The notes beneath the pieces are model-generated. The model did no database searches, had not been told where the DNA came from, and was given only the letters and a program-made list of their open reading frames with translations. From the NCBI GenBank assembly GCA_002269645.1, contig NIVC01000581.1, positions 462,633 through 526,632 of the forward strand: 64,000 bases of DNA, written 5' to 3'. Positions 1 to 11,276 of the stretch are shown one piece after another; position 1 is the first letter of the stretch, and every line of letters starts with the position of its first letter. The position numbers and the translations under genes were made by a program. This DNA comes from Macrostomum lignano (taxonomy: Eukaryota).

Positions 1-336
1 ACGATGTCGAGGCTTGCAGGGAATCGCTATAATGCTGTAGTAGTGCTATAATGACTCTTAGAGAGAATTACTGAAATTTCAATGCTTTAGGGTTAGGTTA
101 GGGTTAGGGTTAGAAGGTTGACAGATATTTTTAGATTTCCAAGGCTTATTGGGGGCATGGCTGAGATGTCAAGGGGGGAAGTTGATATGTTAAAGCTTGT
201 GGGGGGGAATTACTGACATGTCAAGGCTTACAAGGTTTGATAGGAGATTTTTTAAGATTTCAAGGATACATGTAGCTTATTAAAAAAACGTGTATTGCAT
301 TTCTTTGGCTCCCCAACGGGGGGCGTAGATTGCTAG
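1..336 (+). mobile_element. 3' end of a non-autonomous Helitron-like element (copy A), continues upstream of the window
   Basis: Ends in GC hairpin CCCCAACGGGGGG followed by GATTG-CTAG|T (CTAG 333-336). Near-identical to 6596-6978 apart from the length of the TTAGGG tract. Confidence 0.75.
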
Positions 337-729
337 TTTTCGACTTGAAATGCATTGTAAGAATGCTAGAGAAAAAACTGACTGACTGAATTCCGATTGT
401 GCTAAAGATTGCATCACAACAAGTTGAAAACAGTGCCGAAGAAATGCACACACGACTTGATTGAAATTGCGTAACCATATTGCTAACTTAAATTGAGACT
501 GATACTGGCTGACTGAGAAATTGATTATGTCATAACTTTTTACTCCAATTGACTTGCTGTAAGAATTGAATTATAAGGGCCACAATTCATGTTCTCCAAT
601 TGAAAAGAGATAGCCCTGATGCGAACAGACTGGAATGCTAATGTAGCGACCTGGGTTCGAATCTCAGTAGTGCAAAAAGATTTTTTTTATTAAAACACCT
701 TAAAAACACAACAAAACTGCTAAACATCA

Positions 730-3185
730 AAGAAGCGCAATGTCAAACATAGAAGAGCCACCATGTCGAACATTAAAGAGCCAACATGTCAAACATAAAA
801 GAGCCACCATGTCAAACCTAAACGAGCCACCATGTCTAATATTTAAGAGGCACCATGTAAAACATATAAGTGACTTTATGTCAACATAAAAGAGCCACCA
901 TTTCGAAGATTAAACAGCCACCATTTCGAACATTAAAGAGCCACTATGTCAAACATAAAAGAGCCAACATGTCAAACATAAAAGAGCCAACATGTCAAAC
1001 ATAAAGAGCCACCATGTCAAACATTTAGGAGCCACCATGTCAAACATAAATGTGACTTTGTGTCAAACATTAAAGAGCCACCATTTCGAACATTAAAGAG
1101 CCACTATTTCGAACATTAAAGAGCCACCATGTCGAACATAACAGAGCTACCATGTCAAACATTAAAGAGCCACCATGTCAAACATTCAAAAGCCACATTG
1201 TCAAACATTAAAGAGCCATTATGTCGTACATTAAAGAGCCACCATTTCGAACATTAAAGAGCCACCATGTCGAACATAAAGAGCCACTATTTTGAACATT
1301 AAAAAGCCACCATTTCGAACATAGAAGAGCCACCATGTCGAACATTAAAGAGCAAACATGTCAAACATAAAAGAGCCACCATGTCAAACCTAAACGAGCC
1401 ACCATGTCTAATATTTAAGAGGCACCCTGTAAAACATATAAGTGATTTTATGTCAAACATAAAAGAGTCACCATTTCGAACATTAAACAGCCACCATTTC
1501 GAACATTAAAGAGCCACCATGTCGAACATAAAAGAGCCACTATTTCGAACATTAAAGAGCCACCATTTCGAACATTAAAGAGCCACCATGTCGACCATAA
1601 AAGAGCCACTATTTCGAACATCAAAGAGCCACTATGTCAAACATAAAAGAGCCAACATGTCAAACATAAAAGAGCCAACATGTCAAACATAAAGAGCCAC
1701 CATGTCAAACATAAATGTGACTTTGTGTCAAACATTAAAGAGCCACCATTTCGAACATTAAAGAGCCACTATTTCGAACATTAAAGAGCCACCATGTCAA
1801 ACATGAAAGAGCTATAACATGAAGAATATTAAAGAGCCACCATGTCGAACATAACAGAGCTACCATGTCAAACATTAAAGAGCCACCATGTCAAACATAA
1901 AAGAGCCACCATTTTGAAAATTAAAGAGCCACTATGTCAAACATAAAAGAGCCAACATGTCAGACATTAAAAAAGCCACCGTATCAGATATAAGAGTTAC
2001 CATGTAGAACAAAAAAGAGCCACCATTTCGAACAAAAAAGAGCCACCATGTCAAACATGAAAGAGCCACCATGTCAAACACAAAAGAGCCAACATGTCAA
2101 ACATTTAGGAGCCACCATATCAAACATTTAAGAGCCACCCTGTCGAATATCAAAGAGCCACCATGTCGAACATTAAAGAGCCACCATGTCTAACATTAAA
2201 AGTCACCATGTTAAACATTAAAGAGCCACCATATCAAGCATAAAAGAGCCACTATGTCAAACCAAAAAGAGCCACCATGTCGAAAATTTAAGAGCCAAAA
2301 TGTAGAATATAAAAGAGCCACCATGTCAAACCTAAAAGAGCCACCATGTCGAACACTTAAGAGCCACAATGTAAAATATTAAAGAGCCACCATTTCGAAC
2401 ATATAAGTGACTTTATGTGAAACATTAAAGAGCCACCATGTAAAACAAAAGAGCCACCATGTTAAACATAAAAGAGCCACCATGTAGAATATTAAAGAGC
2501 CACTATGTTGAACATTAAAGAGCCATCATACTGAACATTAAACAGCCACCATGTCAAACCTAAAAGAGCTACCATGTCAACATAAAAGAGCTACCATGTC
2601 AAACATTAAACAGCCATCATGTCAAACCTAAAAGATCCACCATTTCGAACATTTAAGAGCCACAATGTAGAATATTAAAGAGCCATGATGTCAAAAAAGA
2701 GCCACCATTTCTAACATTAAAGAGCCACCATGTCAAACATTTAAGAGCCACCATGTCGAACATAAAAGAGCTATACCATGAAGAACATTAAAGAGCCACT
2801 TTGTCGATCATTAAAGAGCCACCATGTCAAACATTTAAGAGCCACCATGTCAATTATATATGTGTCTTTATGTCATACATTAAAGAGCCACCATTTCGAA
2901 CATTAAGGAGCCACCATGTCAAACATTTAAAAGCCACCTTGTCAAACATTAAATAGCCACTTTGTCGAACATTAAAGGGCCACTGTGTCAAAAATAAAAG
3001 AGCCACCAGGTTAAACATTAAAGAGCCACCATGTCAAACAATAAAGAGCCAGCATGTCAGACATTAAAAAGCCATCGTTTCAAACATAAAAGAGTTGCCA
3101 TGTAGAACATAAAAGAGCCACCATGTCAAACATAAAATTTACACAATTTCAAACGTAAAAGTAAGCGAATTTTAAAGGAGCCACT
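730..3185. repeat. ~23-bp satellite (AAAGAGCCACCATGTCAAACATT), roughly 100 diverged copies, inside Helitron copy B
   Basis: Direct inspection of tandem monomers, with recurring variant monomers. Confidence 0.97.
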
Positions 3186-3244
3186 ATAATGCTAAGGAAA
3201 TTGTCGCACTAACTACTTATTGTCTGGTGGATGCTTGCTATTTG

Positions 3245-4012
3245 GGGATGCTATCCATGTAGGGGATGCTTGCTATCTGGGGGATGCTTGCTATCTGGGG
3301 GATGCTTGCTATCTGGGGGATGCTTGCTATCTGGGGGATGCTTGCTATCTGAGGGATGCTTGCTATCTGGGGGATGGTTGCTATCTGGGGGATGCTTGCT
3401 ATCTTGGGGATACTTGCTATCTGGGGGATGCTTGCTATCTGGGGGATGCTTGCTATCTGGGGGATGCTTGCTATCTGGGGGATGCTTGCTATCTAGGGGA
3501 TGCTTGCTATCTGGGGGATGCTTGCTATCTGGGGGATGGTTGCTATCTAGGGGATGCTTGCTATCTGGGGGATGCTTGCTATCTGGGGGATGCTTGCTAT
3601 CCGGGGGTTGCTTGTAATCTGGAGGATGCTTGCTATCTGGGGGATGCTTGCTATCTGGGGGATGCTTGCTATCTGGGGGATGCTTGCTATCTGGGGGATG
3701 GTTGCTATCTGGGGGATGCTTGCTATCTGAGGGATGCTTGCTATCTGGGGGATGCTTGCTATCCGGGGGTTGCTTGCAATCTGGAGGATGCTTGCTATCT
3801 GGGGGATGCTTGCTATCTGGGGGATGCTTGCTATCTTGGGGATGCTTGCTATCTGGGGGATGCTTGCTATCTGGGGGATGCTTGCTATCTGGGGGATGGT
3901 TGCTATCTGAGGGATGCTTGCTATCTGGGGGATGCTTGCTATCTGGGGGATGCTTGCTATCCGGGGGTTGCTTGCAATCTGGAGGATGCTTGCTATCTGG
4001 GGGATGCTTGCT
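3245..4012. repeat. 18-bp minisatellite (GGGGATGCTTGCTATCTG), about 42 copies
   Basis: Highly homogeneous tandem unit. It explains the GDACYL / LSGGCL / DSKHPP repeat ORFs. Confidence 0.98.
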
Positions 4013-4794
4013 GTCTTGGAATGATTTCTTTTTGCATTGCACTTCCTTTGAGTATTTTGTCTGTTTTCTTTGCGAAGGCTTTTTTTGGCTATCTTTTTGT
4101 TACTTGTAGAGAACAGAGGTTCTATACAGATGTCCCCCAACGGGGGGCGAAGATTGCTAGTCCATCCATCCAATATACTAAAAATGGTCTGTCTGTGTCT
4201 ATCTATCTATCTATGTGATTGATTAGAGAAAAAATGGCTGGACCGATTTTATTCAAACTTGCACTGTTCGATCAGAAATTTTCCCGTGACTGTACATGCA
4301 TCGTGCTTAAGAAATTGCTCGATGCTAAAGGCATTAAATATTCGAAAAACATGCTTTTTTGCAAAGGTCAAGCAAACTTTTCGACTTGAAATGCATTGTA
4401 AGAATGCTAGAGAAAAAACTGACTGGTTGAATTCTGATTCTGAAATAGATTGCATCATCACTGAATTGTAACTCCGACTTGAATTGAAAATGCAGTGTGG
4501 AAGCGTAGCACCAGACTTGATTTAAATTGCGTAACCATAATTGTTAACTGATACTGACTGACTGAGAAACTGATTATGTCATAACTGCTTCGTGTCATTT
4601 ACTCTATGCTTGGATTTTAAAGTGTTGAATTATATATATAAGTGCAAAATTTGATGTCATCAAAACGATGAGAGCTAGCCTAGAGGTGAACAAACTGAAC
4701 TGCTAAATGCAGAAACGATGGTTCGAATTTTCATAGAGTATAATTTTTTTAATTAAAGCTTTTCAACGTCAGGAAAACTAAAATACTTTTTAAA

Positions 4795-5850
4795 AAGAAG
4801 CGTCATGTAAAAATCATAGAAGCGTCATGTAAACAATCATAGAAGCGTCATGTAAACAATCATAAAAGCGCCATGTAAAAAATCATAGAAGCGTCATGTA
4901 AACAATCATAGAAGCGTCATGTAAACAATCATAGAAGCGTCATGTAAACAATCATAGAAGCGTCATGTAAAAAATCATAGAAGCGTCATGTAAACAATCA
5001 TAGAAGCGTCATGTAAACAATCATAGAAGTGTCATGTAAACAATCATAGAAGTGTCATGTAAACAATCATAGAAGCGTCATGTAAAAATCATAGAAGCGT
5101 CATGTAAAAAATCATAGAAGCGTCATGTAAAAAATCATAGAAGCGTTATGTAAAAAATCATAGAAGCGTCATGTAAAAATCATAGAAGCGTCAAGAAAAA
5201 ATCATAGAAGCGTCATTTAAAAAATCAGAGAAGCGTCATGTAAACAATCATAGAAGCGTCATGTAAAAAAATCAGAGAAGCGTCATGTAAAAAATCATAG
5301 AAGCGTCATGCAAAAAATCATAGAAGCGTCATGTAAACAATCATAGAAGCGTCATGTAAAAAAATCATAGAAGCGTCAGATAAACAATCATAGAAGCGTC
5401 ATGTAAAAAAATCATAGAAGCATCATGTAAAAAATCATAGAAGCGTCATGTAAAAAATCATAGAAGCGTTATGTAAAAAATCATAGAAGCGTCATGTAAA
5501 AATCATAGAAGCGTCAAGAAAAAATCATAGAAGCGTCATTTAAAAAATCAGAGAAGCGTCATGTAAACAATCATAGAAGCGTCATATAAAAAATCAGAGA
5601 AGCGTCATGTAAAAAATCATAGAAGCGCCATGTAAAAAATCATAGAAGCGTCATGTAAAAAATCATAAAAGCGTCATGCAAAAAATCATAGAAGCGTCAT
5701 GTAAACAATCATAGAAGCGTCATATAAAAATCATAGAAGCGTCAAGAAAAAAGTCATAGAAGCCTCATTTAAAAACTAATGAAAGTGTCATTTAAAAAAT
5801 TAAGAAGCATCATGGTAGAATAAAAGAAGCGTCATGTCAGACATGAAGGG
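4795..5850. repeat. ~23-bp satellite (AGAAGCGTCATGTAAACAATCAT), about 45 copies, inside Helitron copy C
   Basis: Tandem monomers seen directly. Occupies the same position in the element as the 730-3185 array. Confidence 0.97.
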
Positions 5851-6682
5851 TGTCATGTAAAATTAAATGCAGCTATAATGCTGTGCTGGGGAGAAAAACT
5901 GAGACGTGAAGGCTCTCAGAGAATAACTACGCTCGTAAGATTACGAGGGGGGTTTCTGAGATGTCAAAGCAATAGTCAGAAGCTACTTCAAAGTTCATGT
6001 ACTTTACTCAATTTTTTTATTGCATTCTTTGTTGGCTCGCCACGGGGGGGGGCGCTGATAGAAGAAGAGTCATGTAAAAAATAAAAGTAGCACTACGTAT
6101 ACATAAAAGAAAAGTCATGTCGAAGTTAAAAGATTCATTTGGGAATTGCTACGATGTCAAAGCTTGGTGGAAATCGTTATAGTGCTTGATTCTTAAAGAA
6201 GGAATCACTAAAATGTCAAGGCTTAGGGGAGAAGAATTGCTGAGATTTCAAGGCTTTAGGTTGGGTTAAAGTTAGGTTTAGGTCAGGTGTGGGTTGAGGG
6301 TTATATTTTATCGGGTTTCAAGGTTAACAGAATAACAGGGGATTTTCTAGATTTCAAGGTTTATGGGGGCCATCGCTGACATGTTAAGGCTTACTGGGGG
6401 AATAGCTGAGATGTCAAGGCTCACGGGGGTATAAATGAGATTTCAAGGCTAAAGTCAGAAGCTATATGTAGTTTATTGAAAACTTTTTATTACATTATTT
6501 GATGCCTCCTCAGGGAGGGATCGCTGAAAAAAAACGTAATGTAAAAAATAAAAGAAGCTTCATGTCGAAGTAAAGAGATTCATTTGGGAATCCCTACGAT
6601 GTCGAGGCTTGCAGGGAATCGCTATAAGGCTGTAGTAGTGCTATAATGACTCTTAGAGAGAATTACTGAAATTTCAATGCTT

Positions 6683-6753
6683 TAGGGTTAGGTTCGGGTT
6701 AGGGTTAGGGTTAGGGTTAGGGTAAGGGTTAGGGTTAGGCTAGGGTTAGGGTT
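6683..6753 (+). repeat. Interstitial telomere-like (TTAGGG)n tract within the Helitron 3' module; shorter copy at 86-112
   Basis: About 11 mostly perfect TTAGGG units flanked by element sequence on both sides. Confidence 0.9.
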
Positions 6754-7171
6754 AGAAGGTTGACAGATATTTTTAGATTTCCAAGGCTTATTGGGGGCAT
6801 TGCTGAGATGTCAAGGGGGGAAGTTGATATGTTAAAGCTTGTGGGGGGGAATTACTGACATGTCAAGGCTTACAAGGTTTGACAGGAGATTTTTTAAGAT
6901 TTCAAGGATACATGTAGCTTATTAAAAAAACGTGTATTGCATTTCTTTGGCTCCCCAACGGGGGGCGTAGATTGCTAGTCAAATCTAAAAAGGCACCCGA
7001 TCTACTTATGGTTCAGTCAGTTGTTGCACACGAAATCACACGCAACTGCCAATGAAAGACGCAGGGAGGCGGCATTTGTGCAATCTGCACTTTTTTCGCA
7101 GTGCAAGGGTTCTGCGCCTTCAGTCACTGCATGACCCGCACGTCTGCCTCACCGCAATGCGAAATTGAAAT

Positions 7172-7452
7172 TCTAATCTGACAACTGGAATTCGTTAATC
7201 TCCTTTAATCTGACAACTGGAATTCGTTAAACTCCTTTAATCTGACAACTGGAATTCGTTAATCTCCTTTAATCTGACAACTGGAATTCGTTAATCTCCT
7301 TTAATCTGACAACTGGAATTCGTTAATCTCCTTTAATCTGACAACTGGAATTCGTTAATCTCCTTTAATCTGACAACTGGAATTCGTTAATCTCCTTTAA
7401 TCTGACAACTGGAATTCGTTAGTCTCCTTTAATCTGACAACCGGAAATCGCT
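7172..7452. repeat. 32-bp minisatellite (TCTCCTTTAATCTGACAACTGGAATTCGTTAA), about 8.5 copies, just 3' of the RNF103-like stop
   Basis: Near-perfect tandem copies. Confidence 0.97.
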
Positions 7453-7525
7453 AATCTACATCGATCCTGTGAACACCAGAATCGCAGATCAAACACTCCG
7501 CAAAAGCCGGTTAAGCGGCCGTAAA

Positions 7526-10500
7526 TCAGGCGGAGGCGGTGGAGGCGGCGGGCGCGGGCAGGCGGTAGGGGCAGCGCCGGCAGACCGGGCAGGTGCTGCG
7601 CCTCACCAGCCAGCCGGCGGCGCAGCCCCGGTGAAAGACGTGGCCGCACAGCAGGCCAACCAGCTGGTGGCCGCGGCGGAATCTGTCCAGACAGACGGAG
7701 CAGTGACTCGACCGCAGCGCCGAGCTCGGCCAGCCGTCGTCCGCGCCGGCGCCAGTCGACTCGGCTGCGTCGACGTCCGTGTCGGCAGTGGCGGTGGCGG
7801 TGGAATCGGAGGGCGCAGCTGGCGGGGTGACGCGGCAGGTCCACTGCAGCAGGCGGGAGAGGCAGCGCTCGGGATCTCGTTGCGGGATCCACAGCGATGG
7901 GATGGCCAAGGACTCCATGAACAGCTCCAGGCTCTGGGCGGCCTCGGCGTCCCTGGCGGCGGCGGCCTCCTCGTCCTCCTCATCGTCGCTGTCGCTGCCG
8001 GAGCCGCCGCTGGCACCCAGGGCGACGTCGCTGTCGTCCAGATCGGAGGCTTCGAAGATCGGGCCGGCAGCCACCTCGCCTGGCAGCGCCGAAGCAGCTC
8101 CGGCAGCGGCTTGGCCGAAGGGAGCCGCGCCCGACACCGAGGCGGCCAGCTGTGAGACCGGGCGCGCATCGCCTGCGAAGCCCTCCACGGCCGCCCCTGC
8201 CGCCGGTTCGTCCGAGTCCTCGAGCAGCAGCGGCCGGTGCCACCAGAAGAGGCCGCAGACCAGGCAGGCGGCCGCCAGCAGCCCGGCGCCGGGATAGGCG
8301 CCCAGATGCCAGTCGGCGCGGATTTGCAGCGCCAAGTCGCTGAGGACGAGGTGGCGCCACGCGGAGGCAAGCGCCAGGCCGGCTGGCGAGGCTCCGGCCG
8401 CGCTGAAGAAGAAGCGAACGGCGCCAGCGCCGGCGAAAAGCAGCATATTGCACCTGGCAATGGTGTAGGTTGGAGCCGGACTGTACACAACTTGCAAAAC
8501 TCAATGAGCTCATCCCAAGCTGACCATTTCCATAGCCAATCACATTGCACGGCCACTCCCATAGTAACTGGCGCTCATCCTCCAGGCGTTAGCAACCAGG
8601 CGGTCACCAGACAACCATCCCCATAGCAACCATGCGCTCGAACCGCGGGCCATCCCCATAGCAACCAGGCGCTCACCACGCGGCCATCCGCACGGCAGCA
8701 AGACACCGGGCAGGCAGCGCGGTCCCCGGCAGCAGGAGCGGCAGCGGCAGGAGGCCAAAGTTCAGCAGAGCGGCGGCGGCCAAGCCGGCCTGCCAGGCGT
8801 CCGGTGCGACGCTGGCCAGCAGGAGTCGCAAGGCGGCCGGGGTGCCGCAGTCGGCGGGCGCCAGCGAGAGGCGCTGCTCGGGCGTCAGCAACACCAGCCT
8901 CATCGAGCCGGTGCTGTCGTTCAGCCGCCGGTGCCAGAAACGCAGCCGGTCTTGGAACTCAACGCTGAGCGCCGCCAACATCAGCGGCGGCGCCGGTGGC
9001 CAGCCGGGCAGCTCGGCCAGCAGGCCGCACTCGCCAGCAGCCGCAGCGGTGGAGCGGCCTGATGGCGGCCAGGCGGCCAAGAGACCGGAGACGCGAGTTG
9101 ACAGGCGGGCGAGCACTACGGAGGGGTCCGCGCTGGGGCGGAAGGCGGCCGCCACGTCCTGCGGGTGAGCAGGGCAGCCGCAAGGACGACTAAAGTAACA
9201 TATATCTACTTTAGTAGTCCTTGGGCAGCCGATGCTTTTTTGATCCACTCTTGTCTGTCTAATGCGAAACTAACGGTCCCTGGCTGCACAAACACACTAG
9301 GGGTCCCTGGCTGCACAAACACACTAGGGGTCCCTGGCTGCACAAACACACTAGGGGTCCCTGGCTGCACAAACACACTAGGGGTCCCTGGCTGCACAAA
9401 CACACTAGGGGTCCCTGGCTGCACAAACACACTAGGGGTCCCTGGCTGCACAAACACACTAGGGGTCCCTGGCTGCACAAACACACTAGGGGTCCCTGGC
9501 TGCACAAACACACTAGGGGTCCCTGGCTGCACAAACACACTAGTGGTCCCTGGCCAGAAACAGCAGCAAACCTGCAGGCCGGTGGAGTCGGGGTGGGTGA
9601 CCAGCAGGCCCGCCCAGCCCCGGCGAAACCCGCGCTCCGTGCAGTAGGCGGCCATGCCCGGCACAGTGGCGCAGGGCAGCAGCGCCAGGCGGCAGCCGAA
9701 CGCTTCTAGGGCGGCGGCCAGGCGGGGCTCGAACTCCGGCACTTCCGCCCAGGTGGCATAGGCGGCCCACATGCTGCGCAGGCCGAGGTTCACTTCGCGG
9801 CGAAGCTCCTCGCCAGAGTGCGCGGTCAGAACGCGTCGCTTTCCGGCAACGGGCGGAATCTGGGAGTTCGATGGGCGGGTCGAGGCTGCATTCGTTGTTT
9901 GGGTCGTCACCATCAAAATTACCGAGACAACTCACAGCATCCAGTGACATCCCACAGCATCCAGTGACATCCCACAGCATCCAGTGACATCCCACAGCAT
10001 CCAGTGACATCCCACAGCATCCAGTGACATCCCACAGCATCCAGTGACATCCCACAGCATCCAGTGGCATCCCACAGCATCCAGTGGCATCCCACAGCAT
10101 CCAGTGCCATCTCACAGCATCCAGTGACATCCCACAGCATCCAGTGCCATCCCACAGCATCCAGTGCCATCTCACAGCATCCAGTGACATCCCACAGCAT
10201 CCAGTGACATTCCACAGCATCCAGTGATATTCCACAGCATCCAGTGACATCCCACAGCATCCAGTGCCATCCCACAGCATCCAGTGACATTCCACAGCAT
10301 CCAGTGACATCCCACAGCATCCAGTGACATCCCACAGCATCCAGTGCCATCTCACAGCATCCAGTGACATCCCACAGCATCCAGTGACATTCCACAGCAT
10401 CCAGTGACATTCCACAGCATCCAGTGACATCCCACAGCATCCAGTGGCATCCCACAGCATCCAGTGACATCCCACAGCACCCAGTGACATCCCACAGCAC

Positions 10501-10851
10501 CCAGTGACATCCCACAGCATCCAGTGACATCCCACAGCACCCAGTGACATTCCACAGCATCGTGGCATCCCGCAACAAGCAGCGACTCACCTTGGCCAGC
10601 CGCAAATCAACGGAGCTCGGCAGGCCGGTGGAGGCCAGGGCTCTGGACAGGGCTGAGTCTCCCGCAGGCTCTACGAAGACTCCGCGCAGCTGCAGCAGGC
10701 GGCGCGTGAGCCGCGGCCCGTCCGGCCCGCCAGGCAGTTCGGGAGGCCCGGCGGCAGCGAGCGGCGGCTCCCGCCAGCGGGCCAGACAGAGCAGGGACAG
10801 CAGCTGGAAGCTGCAGCCCAGCAGCAGCATCAGCCAGCCAGCCGAGCGCAT
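7526..10851 (-). CDS. RNF103: RNF103 (KF-1)-like membrane RING-H2 E3 ubiquitin ligase, 4 exons, about 652 aa
   Basis: Exons 10851-10591, 9859-9572, 9158-8677 and 8453-7526, all GT-AG with matching phases. N-terminal hydrophobic segment. Motifs RLLQLRG, GEELRREV..MW, YCTERGFRRGW and PPLMLAALSVEFQDRLRF parallel RNF103 as I recall it. C-terminal RING-H2: CSVCLDRF...CGHVFHRGC..W..RRSTCPVCR. Confidence 0.85.
9273..9555. repeat. 27-bp minisatellite x10 in RNF103 intron 2
   Basis: Perfect GGTCCCTGGCTGCACAAACACACTAGG tandem copies. Confidence 0.98.
9935..10560. repeat. 20-bp minisatellite (CCCACAGCATCCAGTGACAT), about 31 copies, in RNF103 intron 1
   Basis: Direct inspection. Confidence 0.98.
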
Positions 10852-11276
10852 CGGGGGTTCGGCTGACCGACTGTTCAGCTAGCGGGTGCTGCAGCGAGGC
10901 CCGAGACAGACGTGCAGCTGAAATCGCGGTTGAGCAAATTGGCTCAGAGCTGCACCAGTTGCACCCAATCTTGCCTGGCTTCTAAACTGCTTTGCGCCAA
11001 AATCAAAACAAATAAAGAATAAAGAAGATGAGAGGCTTCAGTGAAGTGGCTTGCAAAAGCAGAAAAAATTCAGAGTTTTTATGTACAAAATCGAAGCAAA
11101 TATATTTAGGTTAGCTGGCATCCGCGCGGTAACATGTTCCCAAAAAATGGCGCAGGAAAGCCAGCAAAAACGATCAAGAGAATACGAGTATCCATTAGTT
11201 ATTTCACCTGAAGCCGATCGGATGAGCCTCCGAGCCGAGTAATGGGTGGCAACTCACTTTATGCCTTACTGAGCTG

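Larger units (their letters stand above)
337..4160 (+). mobile_element. Non-autonomous Helitron-like element (copy B), 5'-interrupted, carrying two satellite arrays
   Basis: 337-700 is homologous to 4379-4750 of copy C. The 3' end is hairpin TCCCCCAACGGGGGG + AAGATTG-CTAG (4157-4160), joined directly to the TC start of copy C. Confidence 0.7.
4161..6978 (+). mobile_element. Full-length non-autonomous Helitron-like element (copy C)
   Basis: 5' TC followed by an AT-rich stretch, (TCTA/GTCT)n and AATGGCTGGACCGATTTT, typical of Lep1-like Helitron 5' ends. 3' hairpin CCCCAACGGGGGG + CTAG (6975-6978) followed by T. No Rep/helicase ORF. Confidence 0.75.

Noticed and set aside
620-680. tRNA gene (GGGTTCGAATCTC B-box-like motif)
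   Set aside because: No cloverleaf or matching A box can be built, and the homologous position in copy C (~4720) is degenerate. It is part of the element.
3220-4218. Long repeat-protein ORFs (GDACYL, LSGGCL, DSKHPP, IASIPQ)
   Set aside because: An 18-bp stop-free unit is open in several frames on both strands and lies inside a non-coding Helitron. There is no unique domain or splice context.
6683-6753. Chromosome end or telomere-fusion site
   Set aside because: The tract is short, in one orientation, and embedded at the same position in two copies of a repeat element.
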